Shown: positions 47,701-62,700 of the stretch, piece after piece
Numbering within the stretch: the first letter of the stretch is position 1
How the letters are laid out: each line of letters opens with the position of its first letter
DNA from: Tubulanus polymorphus
Taxonomy: Eukaryota; Animalia; Nemertea
DNA length: 64,000 nt
Direction of reading: 5' to 3'
NCBI RefSeq assembly: GCF_964204645.1
Contig: NC_134026.1
Location: 18,262,150-18,326,149, forward strand
Translations under genes and position numbers: made by a program
Notes under the pieces: generated by a model
Database searches by the model: none
What the model was told of the DNA's origin: nothing
The model's input: only the letters and a program-made list of their open reading frames with translations

Positions 47701-50700
47701 TCATGGTTACGTTTTCCAGTCCTCATCATAAACCTATCGAAAAAAATGAAAGTTTGGCCCAATTAAATGCATTGTCATTCTGTAAGCTGGTTAACTATTT
47801 GTTTTGTCTGATACATTCCAAAACATCAACCACGAAAAAGGATGTTCAAATGTTCAAACTTTTTGCCTTTTGGTTGTTTTTTTTGCCGTCTAGAGACTTT
47901 AGTCCCAGGGGGCTATTGCGCTCACTTTTCGTCTATCCATCCAAATTGACTGTCAAGCATTTCACCAAGTGGGCTTGGTGTCTCCGGACTCCTAGTTAGC
48001 GATCTCAATTATTACCTCAATGATTTGTGCTAGTAATGATTCACTCCGTTTCAGGCTGATGTGAGTCGGTCGTTGACTAAACATCGAAAAATTGCGTCAT
48101 CATTCCGAGATACACAGCTATTTCAGATATTCCAATTAGCATGCAGTTTACTTAAAGATGCCGTCAGAGTTATATCGAGTCAATCGAATATAGCTGCTAA
48201 GCTGAAAAATTTAGACCTTAACGATGAAATTCAGGTATGATGAAATGATGGGTAGTTTACACACCGTGACATTGTGGTCACCGTGATAACCCGGTAACCT
48301 GGGGAACTTATATTTATCAGGGAAAACCAGGACCATTGGCTACGGCTCCAACAGGTCTGACTTATGGGGCCAATATTTACAATTAAACAAAACAACGTTA
48401 TAGATGTTTTGATTTTTTAACGCAGAAGTAGATGATATAGATCAATATAGATTGATAAAACACAAAACTTCATCTTATACAATATAATATTTTGGTACAA
48501 GGTATGACCTTGTATACTTTTTCACTTTACATCAACTTTCCTCATCAACTTAAGAATAATAAGCTAATGTTAATCTGCTAGTTATTATTATAAGTAAGTA
48601 GTTCGACATATTCATTGCAATTAGTCTAGTCTTACTTAGATCAAGGCAATCCAAATGTGTTGAATCAAACTAAAAGGTCAAGTGCCCTCTAATTCTTACT
48701 TTTTGAGAATTACTTTCCAAATGATGCTTAAGTATATGAATGACGACCTGGGATCAGCCAGAAAAAAAATCACTTGTTTATCTTAAATCAGTAAAATTAA
48801 ATAACTGGATCATTGACCTATATAGCGTATGCACCTAGGCCGCAGCCGCGTGTCATAATTTCTTCACTATATTCACAGCTCTACTGCTGGCTATCCATTG
48901 TATGTTTGTTGTGTTATGTATAACAGTACCAACGCTATACATCAGAAAGAATTTAGGAATCTAAACAACTTCTAAAAGGATTAAATTCGCCACGAATGGT
49001 GATCATGTGGTGAGGGATTAGAGACAGGAAACTGTTGGATTATTTCAGACGTACACTGCTTATTTCACCACGGATTGTTTTAAAATCTATCTAATAAAGC
49101 TAAGTTCATTGTTTTGAATCCAATCTATTAGTTTTCCATAGCTTTGGTATTAAGCGCACCAAAAGTTTGTTATTCTTCAGTGGTACAACGTGTGTCGAAA
49201 TGTGTGTTTGACTACAATGACGTCAGCGATCGTGGGTTTTTCACAGCAAACGCGCACCTGCTGTGTACGGCAAACTGGTGAAAATAGCCGACTTTGAAGT
49301 CTTATTTCTTAGTAATGGCTTTGCTAAAATCAGAATTAGTAACACACTTATCATTTATACACATATCACATTTAGAAAATAGGTTTTATACAATATTCTA
49401 TTTAGAGGGCACTTGACCTCTAAACTGGGGATCAATTGTCCTAGAATTGGCATTTATTCATCTTTTTAATTCCCTTCAAAGAACTGCCCATACTTCAGGT
49501 TAATGAGTTGCTTGTGAGCTCTATACATTTACTTGTACTACTTCTGTTTTATTAAATAAGTACGGAACTTGATTTGCCCAGAGCCTACAACAATACCAGT
49601 ACTAACAATCAACTCTAATTAATCAGGAAAACTCCAGGCAGGAACCAGTGATTTTTGCACGGGTTAGACATAGAAAATCCTTTGGACTTAGGGTCGAAAT
49701 ATCAACTTATAAGTTAAGCAATCAACTTTTTACTTGGAGCAATATATCCGCCAGGTCGAAATATCGTCTGATACATAAAAACCATTTCCTGAATGTAATT
49801 TTCTTTTTCAGCATGGTCTGCTGTCACATACTCTCCGTCTCGCTCATAACTGCCTTATATTTGATTTTATCGGCACGGCAACTGATGAATCGGTTGATGA
49901 TCTCAGTACAGTACAGATACCTACTACATGGAGATCAGGTAACCATCGAATGTATTGAGAACCGACTAAACCGGCTATTTCTAACCAATCATTTGAAACT
50001 ATCGGGTAGAAAATTAGTATTCTGTTTCCAGTTGGCTATTATAAAGTGATATAAAGTGATAAAGCGATAAACATGTCTGAAGTAAAAAAGAAAGAATGAA
50101 AATTTATTTGTCATGCAGGATCCAGCTCTTTAAGCTCTGTAAGATTATGGGACTTGCTTATATTGTGTAATCGTTCTACTTGCAAATGAAGAGTAATAGT
50201 TGGTTATAGTTTGAATCTGTTTCTAGCATATATCATAAATATATGTTTATGGTAGTCATAAATTCATGTGAAGTATATTATTTTTTATGTTTTCAATGAG
50301 TAGTTTAATCATATGTTGCTACCGAAGAAAGTGTAATTCCCTGATGAAAGTATAATCTCCGTGAAGCGCTTTCTCCCTCCATAGCCACTTGAGCTATAAA
50401 AACGTCTGCTTTGATAAATACTAGTCATTTAACTGGTTTTCTTTTTTATTTGAATGATTATCAGATATAGGGGAGGAGCAATAATTTGATCATAATTTGA
50501 TTTTTTTTTTTTTTTCAAAATTGTCATGAAGTTACAATTGATTCCCTTGCTTATCAAATATTTTGGTTCCTTCATCAAAACACTTAGTACAAATAGATTT
50601 GATGATTCTTTTTGATGCTTTTATCATTGATTGAAACTTCTTTTTGATGCAGCATTTCTGGAGATGGAGACTGTTCAGCTGTTTTTTGATCTTTACCATG

Positions 50701-53700
50701 GTCTACCTCCTACACTCTCACCTGTAGTAAGTATAGCTTTATTAACGATGTCACCCTAGTATGCGCTGTACATTGTCTGCTCTTCCCTCTCATTAGCTCT
50801 TTACGTACTTCAAATGATGTGTGATTTCTTTTAAACTTGGTATGTGTTATCAGGTAGGTGGTCCACCAGTTGCACCTATTGATAATCAAGTTTCTCGCTC
50901 TTCCCGTATGGCCACCACGGTGGACACTATAAATTTCTAGTTAGCACTCTAGGCACTACAAACGAATGACGTGCAATTTTCTTGGAAGTTGGAAAATATG
51001 ATATGTCCTCGGAATACATCTATCAAAAATCAAGTGTCTAGCTCTTTCAAAATGGCTGTTATGGTGAAGGACCCCTTGAATTTCTTTCTACATACTATAA
51101 ATGTTATGCAATACTCTTGAAACTTGGAAGAGGTGATGGGCTAGGACGATTGTTCAGGTCCCTATCATCAATCTACCTATTCGTTGTGCATTCTATTTGT
51201 AATTATGTTTCGATTTAATTGGTGATGAAATAAATTACTATTACTATTACCTTTTGATTACACTGAATCAAGTAACTGCTCTTTTAAAATGGCCGCCATA
51301 ACATTTAACATACCCGCGTGATTATTAAGGTTTGATTCCTCACTGTTCACAAGATCAAACGACCACATTCAATCTATATTTCTTTGTTTCAGTCATTGTC
51401 ATGTTTAGTCCAAATAGCTTCCATCCGTCGATCCTTATTCAACAATAATGAACGTGCCAAACACCTAAATCTGCTCGGTGGAGGCGTTAAAGCTATTTTG
51501 GAAAATCCACAGGTAATGTAGTCAGCGATCATCAATTAATTCATTATTTAGGACCAGTTGATTAGCATGTAGGCACTCAAAACCATTGGATTTCTGTAAC
51601 CCCCTCAGCTCGTAGGTTCTGGTACTATTGAGCCCCTCCCTCTATGTATGTACGCAATATTAACTTCAGATTGTGTGTGATAGAAATTAGTGTATATATG
51701 CAGTATTATTTTCAATCCGTAGGCAGCGTCAGTATTACATCAAAATACATTAAAGAGAACTTCATAATGTATTGAACATTAAATATGGTTACCTGTGATC
51801 AAATGATATTTCATGGTCTAGAAAATATATGATGTCCGTGCAAGGATTGAAAGTGATTTATTCCTTATTATTTGATGCTTATTGGATTTCTTCATTTTCT
51901 CGATATTTTCAATGTTTCAGGGGCTCTCCGATCCGAACAACTACCATGAATTCTGTCGTCTGTTGGCGAGATTGAAAACAAATTACCAGCTGGCTGAGTT
52001 GGTAAAAATTGATAATTACTCCACCATCATAAAACTGATAGCTGAATTTACTGTCACAAGCTTACGGGTAAGCTCGATAACTATTTTCCTTGCCATATTT
52101 CGTTTTAAGATCACACAGATTTGTGAATTTTGTTAGTTATACTTGGCGGCCCGAAAGCAAAATGAAAGGATTCTAGGTTGTCTGGAAGAAACTTTAATAA
52201 GTCCAAAATATGTTCCAAGAGAAAATTTGAAAAAAGAACTGATCGTGATTATTGTTTTTCTAATAAATGAAATTTGATAAATATACAGAGCTGCCAACCA
52301 TTCTGATTTTTCATTAACTGTTCCATATACCCAATCATGTGAAAATACGGCATTATGTTTTTGAAAAAATTGTTACAGATTTTTATACACCTGAGAAGGC
52401 TGAAAAAATTAGCTAAGTTACTGATAAACTAAATCAATTTTTACTGCAAATTGCATTGTTTTTTCCTAATCTCTTTGAATGATGCTTGTCAACTCTAAAT
52501 TATACTATCAATATGATATAGTACTAGTGTGCCATCTTCATTAAGTGAAGTTCTGGTTTGAAAATTTTGGACTAATGGAATTTTTTTTAATATACTGATA
52601 AACTTGGACATGTGTTCAGCAAAAGATAAATTCAAGGTTTTAATCAGAAGATATTTTGCATTGGGTCAGCATTCAACTTGATGTAAATGTTTTTATTGTT
52701 ATGTTTTAGATGTGGCAGTTTGCCCCAAATAGTGTTCACTACCTTCTAAGCTTGTGGCAAAGAATGGTAGCGTCTGTGCCATATGTAAAAGCAACCGAGC
52801 CACATATGCTTGACACATACACACCGGAGGTGACTAAAGCCTATATAACTTCCCGTCTAGAATCAGTTCATGTTTTGATACGGTAAGTCTTAATAGTGCA
52901 TCTGAAAGTTTTGCTGGGCTTGTAAATAAGTCCTTCCTAGAAAAAAAAAATCATTCATATAATGGAGTTCTAAGTCTTCAATTAAGCCAAGCTTCGAGAT
53001 ATACTTCGAAAACAACTACGCTATTATCAACCATGTTCCAATCTCCGTCTTTTAATTGTTTGTCCTATTCAATTTCAAAAACACCTGAATTCTGTCAAAT
53101 ATCAGGACCAGTTGCACATTCAAGACTTGGCTAGTCTTGTGTCCATAGCCAATCTAACAATTTAAGTCTTAAGACAATTTTCGAACTTGGTTATTCATTT
53201 CTCGCTTTTATAGGGATGGATTAGAAGACCCCCTAGATGATCATGGAATGGTTCAGCAACAACTCGACCAGGTACGTTTAGATAAACTCTTAATTCCCAA
53301 CCGTTACAGGTTAAGATTTTGTATAATATGGTAATTGCATCCCAATAGCTAAAAGCAGTAGTATTTCTTCGATCATATTGTCGTTCATATGATTAGAATC
53401 CTATTATTTCATTTTAGATCTTCTCATTGACTTTCTTTCATGGGATTTACATGGGATTAACCTATTTTGTCATTGTTGTGTTGTGAACAGTTATCTTTTT
53501 AGCAAGTAACTAATGATATTTGTATAAACTGATGAGAAGTATGTACTACATTTCCTAGCTATCTACTATCGGTCGTTGTGAATATGTGAAGACATGCTCA
53601 GTATTAGTACAATTGTTCGATGATACAGCTCAGTGTTACCAAGATTTAATACGCACAGGTGGCCAACAGATGGAGCTAGCTGTTAAAGAAGGTTTGTATG

Positions 53701-56700
53701 TGTAATGAAAAATACGTGATCTCCCACATGCATATGGGCTAATCTATCCATTGATTATGTGTGGGACATCTTTCCTCTTTCATTTGACCATACCAGATAC
53801 CATTACAACTTATTAATAGAATTATTTGAATTCAAAGTCCATCTATCTATCGTCAGAAGCATTTGTTTCGGCCATGATTAAGTCGCACTAAGAGTCTGAA
53901 AGTTATATCTTCAATACAAATTCTCCAGAAACAGCAATCTAAAGAACACTTCGTTCTCTTTAGAAACAACAGTATAAAATGCATCTGAAAATTAAAATCT
54001 TCATTCAATTCAGAACTTGCAACTTTTTCTCGCATTTGAATAAATGCTCTGCTGCCCCTTACAGTATAAATAATTTCCAACAACTAGAACCTTATTTTCT
54101 TTAGGCCAGTTAACGTGGTTAGTTTATATAATTGGAGCAGTAGTCGGCGGTCGAATGTCATTTGCTAGCACAGATGAGCAGGATGCCATGGATGGAGAAC
54201 TAGTCTGCAGGTGAGTATTTTAAAATGTAGCCCCTTCTTCGGTATTTGAAATCAGTTTACCACTTGTCTCAGTAAAAAATTATATTCCATGTGAAGTTCC
54301 CAAACAGTTATTCATTGAGTCAGTATTTTAGCTGACAATTATTATGTGATGCTAGATTTGCTTAAATCTGTCGTGTTCAAAAGAAAATAAAAGGTACACC
54401 ATGCTCGAAAAATTCTGCCATGCTTAAAAAAATGATCGGGAGTTTTATTTATTTATCAAGTATTGCCTTTCAGCTAAGGCTATGTCAGGTTCACACACAA
54501 TTTTAAAACCAGTGCATCAATAATTGTATAAACACAGACTTCCTAGCTCTGTGTCACTTAGTAAGCCTCTATTCATCAATGATTGTATTGTTTACGCGCT
54601 GCACTACCGGTAGTATAAATATCCAGAAATATAAAAATTTTCTGGGAGAGTGCCAGACCTCTATTTCTAATGTGGGCTAGTGCCTCCGGCGCTCATTTTT
54701 TGAGGACCGCCATGCATTCATTTCAACCCAGCGAAAACACTATATATATGCATCCCCCTAGGGCCAAATTATTAATGGAAAAATTGGGAGGACACCTTTT
54801 TCAAAGATTCAAAATATCAATTTGAAACATTGTACTTTCTATCTCATTGACAGAGTACTGCAGTTAATGAATTTAACTGATTCACGTCTTTCGCAACGAG
54901 GCTGTGAAAAACTCGAGCTGGCTATGCTTAGTTTTTATGAACAGTTCCGAAAAATCTATGTGGGTGATCAGGTCCAGAAAGCATCTAAGGTAGGGATTTG
55001 TTTTAAAATGTATGGCCGAGGCTCCGGTTCACTTGGATTTATTATTTCTATTGGAAGTTAATTTTATGTCGAGATTTAGGATTAAATGCTCATCGAAGCC
55101 AGTGCATCCACTAAATCTGTAATTACTGCTTGAGTATCTCAAACTCAACATATTAAGAAAAAGGAATGTGAATGATGTTTGTTGTTGTTTGGAGGTCATA
55201 TTGATGGCTTGTGATGTGAGGGATATTGAAATGCATGTGTTTTTCAGCCTCTAGTTGCAGTTGTTAGTGATTACCGAGTGCATTTAGTTCCTTCAGTACA
55301 AGCGGTCAGTTAAATTTAGATACAAGACACTGTATTAATTTTTCATTGTATTAATTTCTTCATGAATGCGTGATTTATAAAAAATGAACTAAATGTAACA
55401 ATTTAAACCAAGAAATTTCCTGTAAAATCACTCAGAAAATTTTGTGGAAAAAAGAAGGGAAAAGGGAATTCGGGGAATTGGGGCTGTTATTTTTGTCTGA
55501 AATCATAGGCACCTAGCTGCTTAAAACACTTTCAGTGCTGACTAATAAATACCCTAAAGTAGTGGAAATGAGAAAATTTGAAAGAAAATTCCACCTCAAT
55601 GTATTCACCGTGGTGCAGTGTATCATTAGTTACTAACATTTCAAAATTACTAATTCTATAATACTCTGCGATGTGTTGTACTAGTAGCAAATTACATCAC
55701 TGATCCGTTGCCATGGCATATAGGAGCACTGAAAGCATTTTCAGCACAGCGGTAAGGTAACAAAAGCAAGTACTTAGAGCAGAAAAGGGAAAAGGAATAG
55801 GCCTATTAATCTGGGTATAACAATAGGGTCCTAGAAGTGATAAGTAGAGTAACACCCATGGAAATCACGGATGATTTTCTTTGGCCCAGAACTTCAAACT
55901 GTTTGATTTATTGGCAGTTTAGAATTTATGTGAACTTTGATAACCTGTACCCGTGAAGACCGGGAACCATCAAAGGCGAACTATATGTACGTAGCTATGC
56001 ACGAACAAACTCCTGATCCATCAGGTGCATGTCTTGAGCTCCTCCTAATTGGGCCATTGTGATTGCATTAGAAGTGCTGCATTGTTAAATTGTTTTGATG
56101 CAGTGAGAGTTTATGATCAGAATTCCTGCTCACTGATTGGCTGAAATTTTGTCTGCCTCCATTTGGCCCCCTATAAATATTTTCACACTCGTTCACTGTT
56201 ACATTAGTTTATTACAATGATTGACTACCACACCAATTTCAAGGTCCAATTCTTCTCCAGGGCAACTCTATTTGGTACATAGTTTCATATTAATATGTAG
56301 ATAATAGTGATTAACAATAGACATCAGAATAACCACTGATTTTCAATGTCATTGGCTTCTGCATGACTTCGCCAGGGGGCGTTGAATGATGATTTACATA
56401 GTATTTCGATTTATATTGGGATCTATGCATATTTTCAAAAATTCATGAAGACTGAATTTCATGAATTTTTGATATTTTGTAGGTTAACCAGGGGGAGTTG
56501 AATGTTGAAATAGTCAGATTGTCGTCGGAGGATTTAAGGCCACTTTCCAAGTCGGCATGGTGTCCATGGTTCATAGAAATTCTTTCCCGTACCGATCAGG
56601 GTTTTTCAGGATGAATCATCGATTTTTAGCAATTCTCATTCTCATTTTATTCAATTATCCAGAAAGTTGAAATTTTTTTAACAATTACAGCCTGCTTAAA

Positions 56701-59700
56701 CTACACTGATTCCTCGTTTTTCTGCTGCTGCACCAATCTAATTTCATACAAATTTGTTTCATGAGGAGGATTATCCTCCCCACTCATCAAGATGAATCTG
56801 AGATGTTAAACCATACAAGCAACATTGATCAAAAGTAGGTCATTGATACTGACCTTATGACATCAAAATTATGGAGTGTTAAGAACTCATCTCAGAACTG
56901 TCGTTTCGTACATGCAATTAAAATTTATGAGTTTTTTCATGAATATACTGGAATGCCTATGAGTATTTACAGGCTCAGATTTGCTAATGAATGTCCCTGA
57001 GAAGGAAAATAGGTGTTGGAATTGATATGGAAAGTTTTGTCTATTAGCTCTGCCGTTGGAAGTACTGGGCATCACTTGGAGAGCCCAGTGAACTAAAACC
57101 GCCACATTGCTGCCGTTACCGTGAATTAGTAAAATGTAAATTGGTGAAGAAATTGGATTAAATGTACATCGGCATGGATGGCCTAAGGGTTAATGTTTAT
57201 ACTGCAGTTGAATTTTTGAAAGCTTATAGATTTGGCGTGTTGCTACGTAACTGCTCATATTTACTCATTCTACCAAGATTCATCCTGAGGGTAGAGGGTA
57301 ATCCTCCTCTTGAAACAAATTAGTAGTTTTACTAATCAAGAGTCATATCAAACAAAAACTGGAGCCCCGCATGGCATGCTTTGAGGTAAAATGGAATGAA
57401 ATTTATTATATGATTCTCCCTAAATAATTGGTCGAACCTTTTCCACTTGCCAAATATCTTGGTAAAAACGAGATGGGGCCCAGCAATGAGATATACCCTT
57501 CATGATGTATTAATTAAGGGTCCTTTGGTTCCTTTCAATCACTGAAATTTTCCAGGCTGCGAAATGTAATCTATTAAGGTTTGGTCAATTCTACCCCTAG
57601 GTACTTTGTGAAACCAGCATTATCAACACAGTTGTCACTACCTCCTTGCGTACATTTGTGAAACACCTCCAAAAGGTTGGAAGGCGTAAGCTTTCAGATT
57701 GATTCAATGGGGGGTAAATGCATCGCTTCCCATTGCCCCTGAATTTGGCCTCAAACTGACATGCAAAGGCTTCTGTATGTTGGGTCTGAAAGCAAAAAAG
57801 CCCACTTCCTGATAACCCGGTTTTTTTCCACCTGCTTGAACAGGATGGAAATTAGCCACCAATCACTTGAGTACACAACTTAGTCTAGACCACTAGCAAG
57901 TGCTCTGCTGTAAGGGCAATCTACATGCTGGCAGCAGATTCATTTCTGACATGGGACTGCTATTAAATTCTTGGAGATTGTACCCCAATCTTGTTGATCT
58001 GGGTAACCACTGAAGATGTATTCTGACTGCAAAGCTACCTGTACTCAAACCGTCTAGGTTAGCTCCCATACTTTCAGTTCGAGAATATTATTGCTTATCA
58101 GTTTTGTCTGCCCTCTATAGTATAGGCCTTGTGCTTCTAAAATCGTTCCCACTATCACTGCTCTCTGTCTGCCCTGTATCAAAGCATCAGTAAAAAGAAA
58201 TGCATTTGTTTTGTTTTTTTTTTTCATCAAATTCTCTGGTTGGAATAAGTCCTTCAACATGTGGGAAGGTTTCTATCTTCATATGTTACCCTTAAGGGCA
58301 TAGTCGGACCTTCTGCTTTTTGATTCTGATAAAGATGGACCAAAGCCACAATCACAGGAAGGTTTTTGGCCTGGGCCAATGGTTCACACACGGGTGCCAA
58401 ATGGGCGTGTACCAGTTTGGCCCAACCATAAACGTTAGACTGATTCCAGAAGTGACTCTCTTCACTTTGTTATGGCATTGTTTAGTAAAAAATCAGTACA
58501 TTACCGAATTTAATTTAGGCACAGCTTAAGATGCATACATTCTTCTTTTTCCATTTGCTTTGTTGTGACTTGACTTTTTGACTGAATCATTTAGCATAAC
58601 TGGCACTAGATCAAACACCTCTTTCTTCAGTTTGGTTACTACTAACAGCAGATGCTGACCAAAAATGCTGACATGACTGTACTAGTCTGAATCCAGTGTC
58701 GCCTCAAAAATCTTCTATTACATCGGAATCTAAATTAGGTATTTCATCGTAAAAATATCTTTAGTAATCAGAATGGACATGATGAATTACTTTGTGAAAT
58801 GGTCTTCTTCTTCTTCCAAATCTGCACATTGTCGATAGTGGACATCACGATGTGGGCATTTTGACTTCCTCTCTCCTCTTCTTTTGGAGGGTTTTTAATC
58901 CACTATATTCTCTGTGCACACTTGTTCCTCCCCCTTATTTGGGAAACCTCACCCCTATCATAAGATCATTCAAATCTTGCTGTGCTCATAAGCCTGTTCA
59001 AATTCTTGTTGAGGCATCCTCTTATGGCATGGATTCGAACTTCATGGCATCACTACACTCAGCCACGGCACACTAGACCTGGTGCGCAGGTTTACTGCAC
59101 AAAAACTTGCGGCACCAATCAGATTGCTTGTTGTATAATCGCATAGGCAAATTTTATGGAAGAATCATTAATGGAAAAACCTGGGCTGAAAAAAATGATA
59201 CATTAAACTGGAATTTAATGACATCATCTAAGCTGCACATGTAGCTGCGTTCTTGGTCTAGTGTGGCAGGGTTTTGAATCATGGCAACTTCGATGCCATC
59301 AGGTTCAAACCCCTGCCGGGGAGGATGGCTGAGGATAGGATGACCTTAACAATATATTGCATAGATCTCCCAGCAAGATTCAGTAGCAGTCTTTAGATCA
59401 TTTAATTTCAACCAGCGGTCACAACGCTACTCAAAGTTGTTAATCATTTCACCCGGTAGGGCGTAGTTACATTCTATTTTACTTAGGTATGTTGTGCACT
59501 TTTTCTTCGTTAGTGCTCTACACACTTCAAATTACATGTGATTTTGAAAATTAGCTCTAGTTCTTCCAATTTGGCTGCCACAGCGGAATTTCGTTTTAGG
59601 TAGGTTCAGGGATGAAACCTATTGAAAATAAGCTTTCACACTCTTCCAACAGGGCCACCATGGCGTACTTCTTGAATTTCTTGTTAGCGCCCTACACATA

Positions 59701-62700
59701 AAAAAATGTGCGATTTCTTTTAAACTTGGTATGTGAAATGGAGTAGATATATTACACTTATTGAAAATCAGCTTATTATTAATCAGCATTATGCCACTTT
59801 TTAGTTGTTAGATTATGGGTAAGAGTGGTATCGTACACAGGAAGTTTCTTTTTCCCATTTACTCATTTCAAGTATGCAGCTGGGTAGATGGTCATTTATC
59901 ATTATGTAGCAAGAATTTTACAACTGATTTCTAATTGTAGCCCCATGTAACAAACTGAGAGTGGAATACCCTCTCATAAAGTACGACACTGCTCATCCCC
60001 TTGAAATCTTGTGATTCTGCATGAAGTTGACGTTCTATCGCTTATTACATGATTTACTAGATTACGTTATGTAATGATTGTATTGGGTTTCTCTCTGTTA
60101 ACGGATGCACTGGCGTTTTGATTGCCATGTTTTATCAGAAATTTTATTCTAATTGATGGTGATTCAAATGAATGACATGCATATATTTACTCAGTGGAAC
60201 TGAAAATAGCTAAAAATTAGATATTAGATGCAATTTACAGCATTTTTGTTCAGTGCTTTCATCAAATTTCTGTATTATTCTGTAAGCCATTGTTTTGAAG
60301 AAACGATATTATTACATGTATTATTATTGTTAGCCTAATAGATATTAGTACATGTAGTATGCTTATTATTATTACTACTTATGCCTACAAATCTTCGTTT
60401 TTCATATTCTGTGAGGAAGAATGAATGCCCTATACCCTGTTTATTCGAACATACTTAGTTATATACTAATCATATGTCCTCATGATTAGTCTTAAATTTA
60501 ATCTATCGACAGGTTTATAGACGTTTATCTGAAGTGCTTGGTCTGAACGATGAACCAATGGTGCTTAGTGTCTTTATAGGAAAAATGTAAGTAACTTCCC
60601 AAATAGATGATGACTATGGGTCATGTTGATAAATTTTCCAGAACCATGGGACCTAAAACGGGAATGGAAATGGAGCCAGTTACAGACATGAGTTTTTTCA
60701 CTAAATATTTTTACTTTGTGCATTTGGGCAGAACGACTAGGTTTACAAAAAGTTTACATTTGGTTAGTCTGGTTTATGAACCGATTTGCTTTAACTCTAA
60801 ATCGTTTGGGTAAGCTGACCAAGCTATTTAAGGAGCAGTTTACTAAAGAAAACCGACTCAACAAAGATGGCAGCGTATTCAAAGATAGAGAAGTTGTCTG
60901 CTGCCAAATCTTTGCATTTGTTCCTGTGACATGAACCCATTTTGATAGCCTCTTACCTGAGAAGACCTAGACCTAATCATTTGTTTAAAACAATTTTTCA
61001 GCAACATTTTTTATTCAGCTTAATTTATACATATTCATTGTGATTGTTTCGAAGTATTTGAAGCGGCCTCCTTTCTGTGTTACTTGTTAAACTGTGTTAC
61101 TTGTGGATTACTGACAAAAAAACATGATTTTACTGTATGAATTTGATTTCAATAGAAGGTGGGTTATAATGACCCACAAATGCATCATTCAATGAAAACC
61201 AAATACTACAGGTGGTGGTAGTGCCCCCTGTTGCTCATGTTTATCATTCTATACAGGCCTCTGAGTGCAATTGTCCTGATACTCATCTTTGATAAGTGGT
61301 TCATTTGACACTTAACATGTCATCTGAAAAAATTCTCTTTGAAAATTAGTCAAAATTGTAATGAAAATTTTTTGAAATAAGTTAAGACTGAGTTATTGTC
61401 AAGACTTATAAAAACCTATAAAAAGATTTGTTCTTTTGCTTTTTGCAGCATAACAAACCTCAAGTTCTGGGGTAGCAGTGAACAAATAATATCAAAAACT
61501 TTGCAGCTGTTGAGTGATTTAAGTGTTGGATACAGCAGTGTTCGTAAACTAGTGAAACTAGAAGCAGTTCAATTCATGCTTAACAACCACACGGTAAAAA
61601 TTTTATTCAAATCTCATGGTATTCCATTTATATTTGTTTTGCTATGTAAAAACTGGGGGGTGAACAAAATGAATTTCACGATTTGTTGTGGCCAACGTTT
61701 TAATACAGGCACAGCATTGGTATGTACAGTCTTAAGAACTGGCAAACTTGTATAGGATACGCGTGGAATCATTGAAAAACACAAGTGCTTGCATTGCCTT
61801 GCCAGTTTACTCACAGTATGCATGCAACTGTTAAGACTCATTACGAATAGACCCATAAGTGCCAATTTTATCTAGGGACATTTTCTGACGGACAAAAAGA
61901 TGAAATTGTGTAGTTCGTCTAGACGTTTCAGGTCAGCAGAATGATTTATTTGATCATTAGATCATGCATTTCCTTCCTTTCAGAGTGAGCATTTTCCATT
62001 CCTTGGTATTAATACAACTAACAGTCAGATGAGTGAAATGCGTTACCGTACGACATTTTACACAGCTATAGGGCGTCTGCTGATGGTTGATTTAGGAGAA
62101 GATGAAGAGAAATTCGAACAATTCATGATGCCATTAACTAGTAAGTATCATCTTCATTGATGAATGATGTAGGATTTTTATCATTACATGTATTTCTTTT
62201 AATTGCAAAGTTGCCCATAGGTATGGTTATGTTGTTCAAATGATACATGGCCTTGTATGTATAAATTGTCTGTCATTTATTCTCATTGAATGACACTGCT
62301 AAGTAGTGTTTTCAAAGGATAGCTGCCAACAGAAATTACCATTAGATTGCCTTGGTTTCTCTAGAATTGTATTATTTAAAGCAAAATGGTAATTGAATCA
62401 ATGTCACTTTGGTGAGGAAGAATGTAATCTAAAGGGGCAGTCCTAATCTATTTGTCAAACTAGTCCTCGTACATTCATTTGTTCCCCATACATGCCATCC
62501 TCAGTTATATGGATGCCCCTTTTAAGGTTACAGTCTAACCTTGAATTGTGATCATAAAGCATCAATTTCAAAAACAATTTATTTTCCTAGACATAATTGC
62601 AAAACCTTATTGATAGTGTACAACTTCTATGATGTTCTAGGTGCATTTGAAGCTGTTGGCCAGCTTTTATCTAGTGCTGATACTCCAATATTCCGTGCAG

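Noticed and set aside
59400-60380. LINE 3' remnant (WNTLS.KVR-like motif and (TAT)n tail)
   Set aside because: Too degraded to delimit or assign with confidence.
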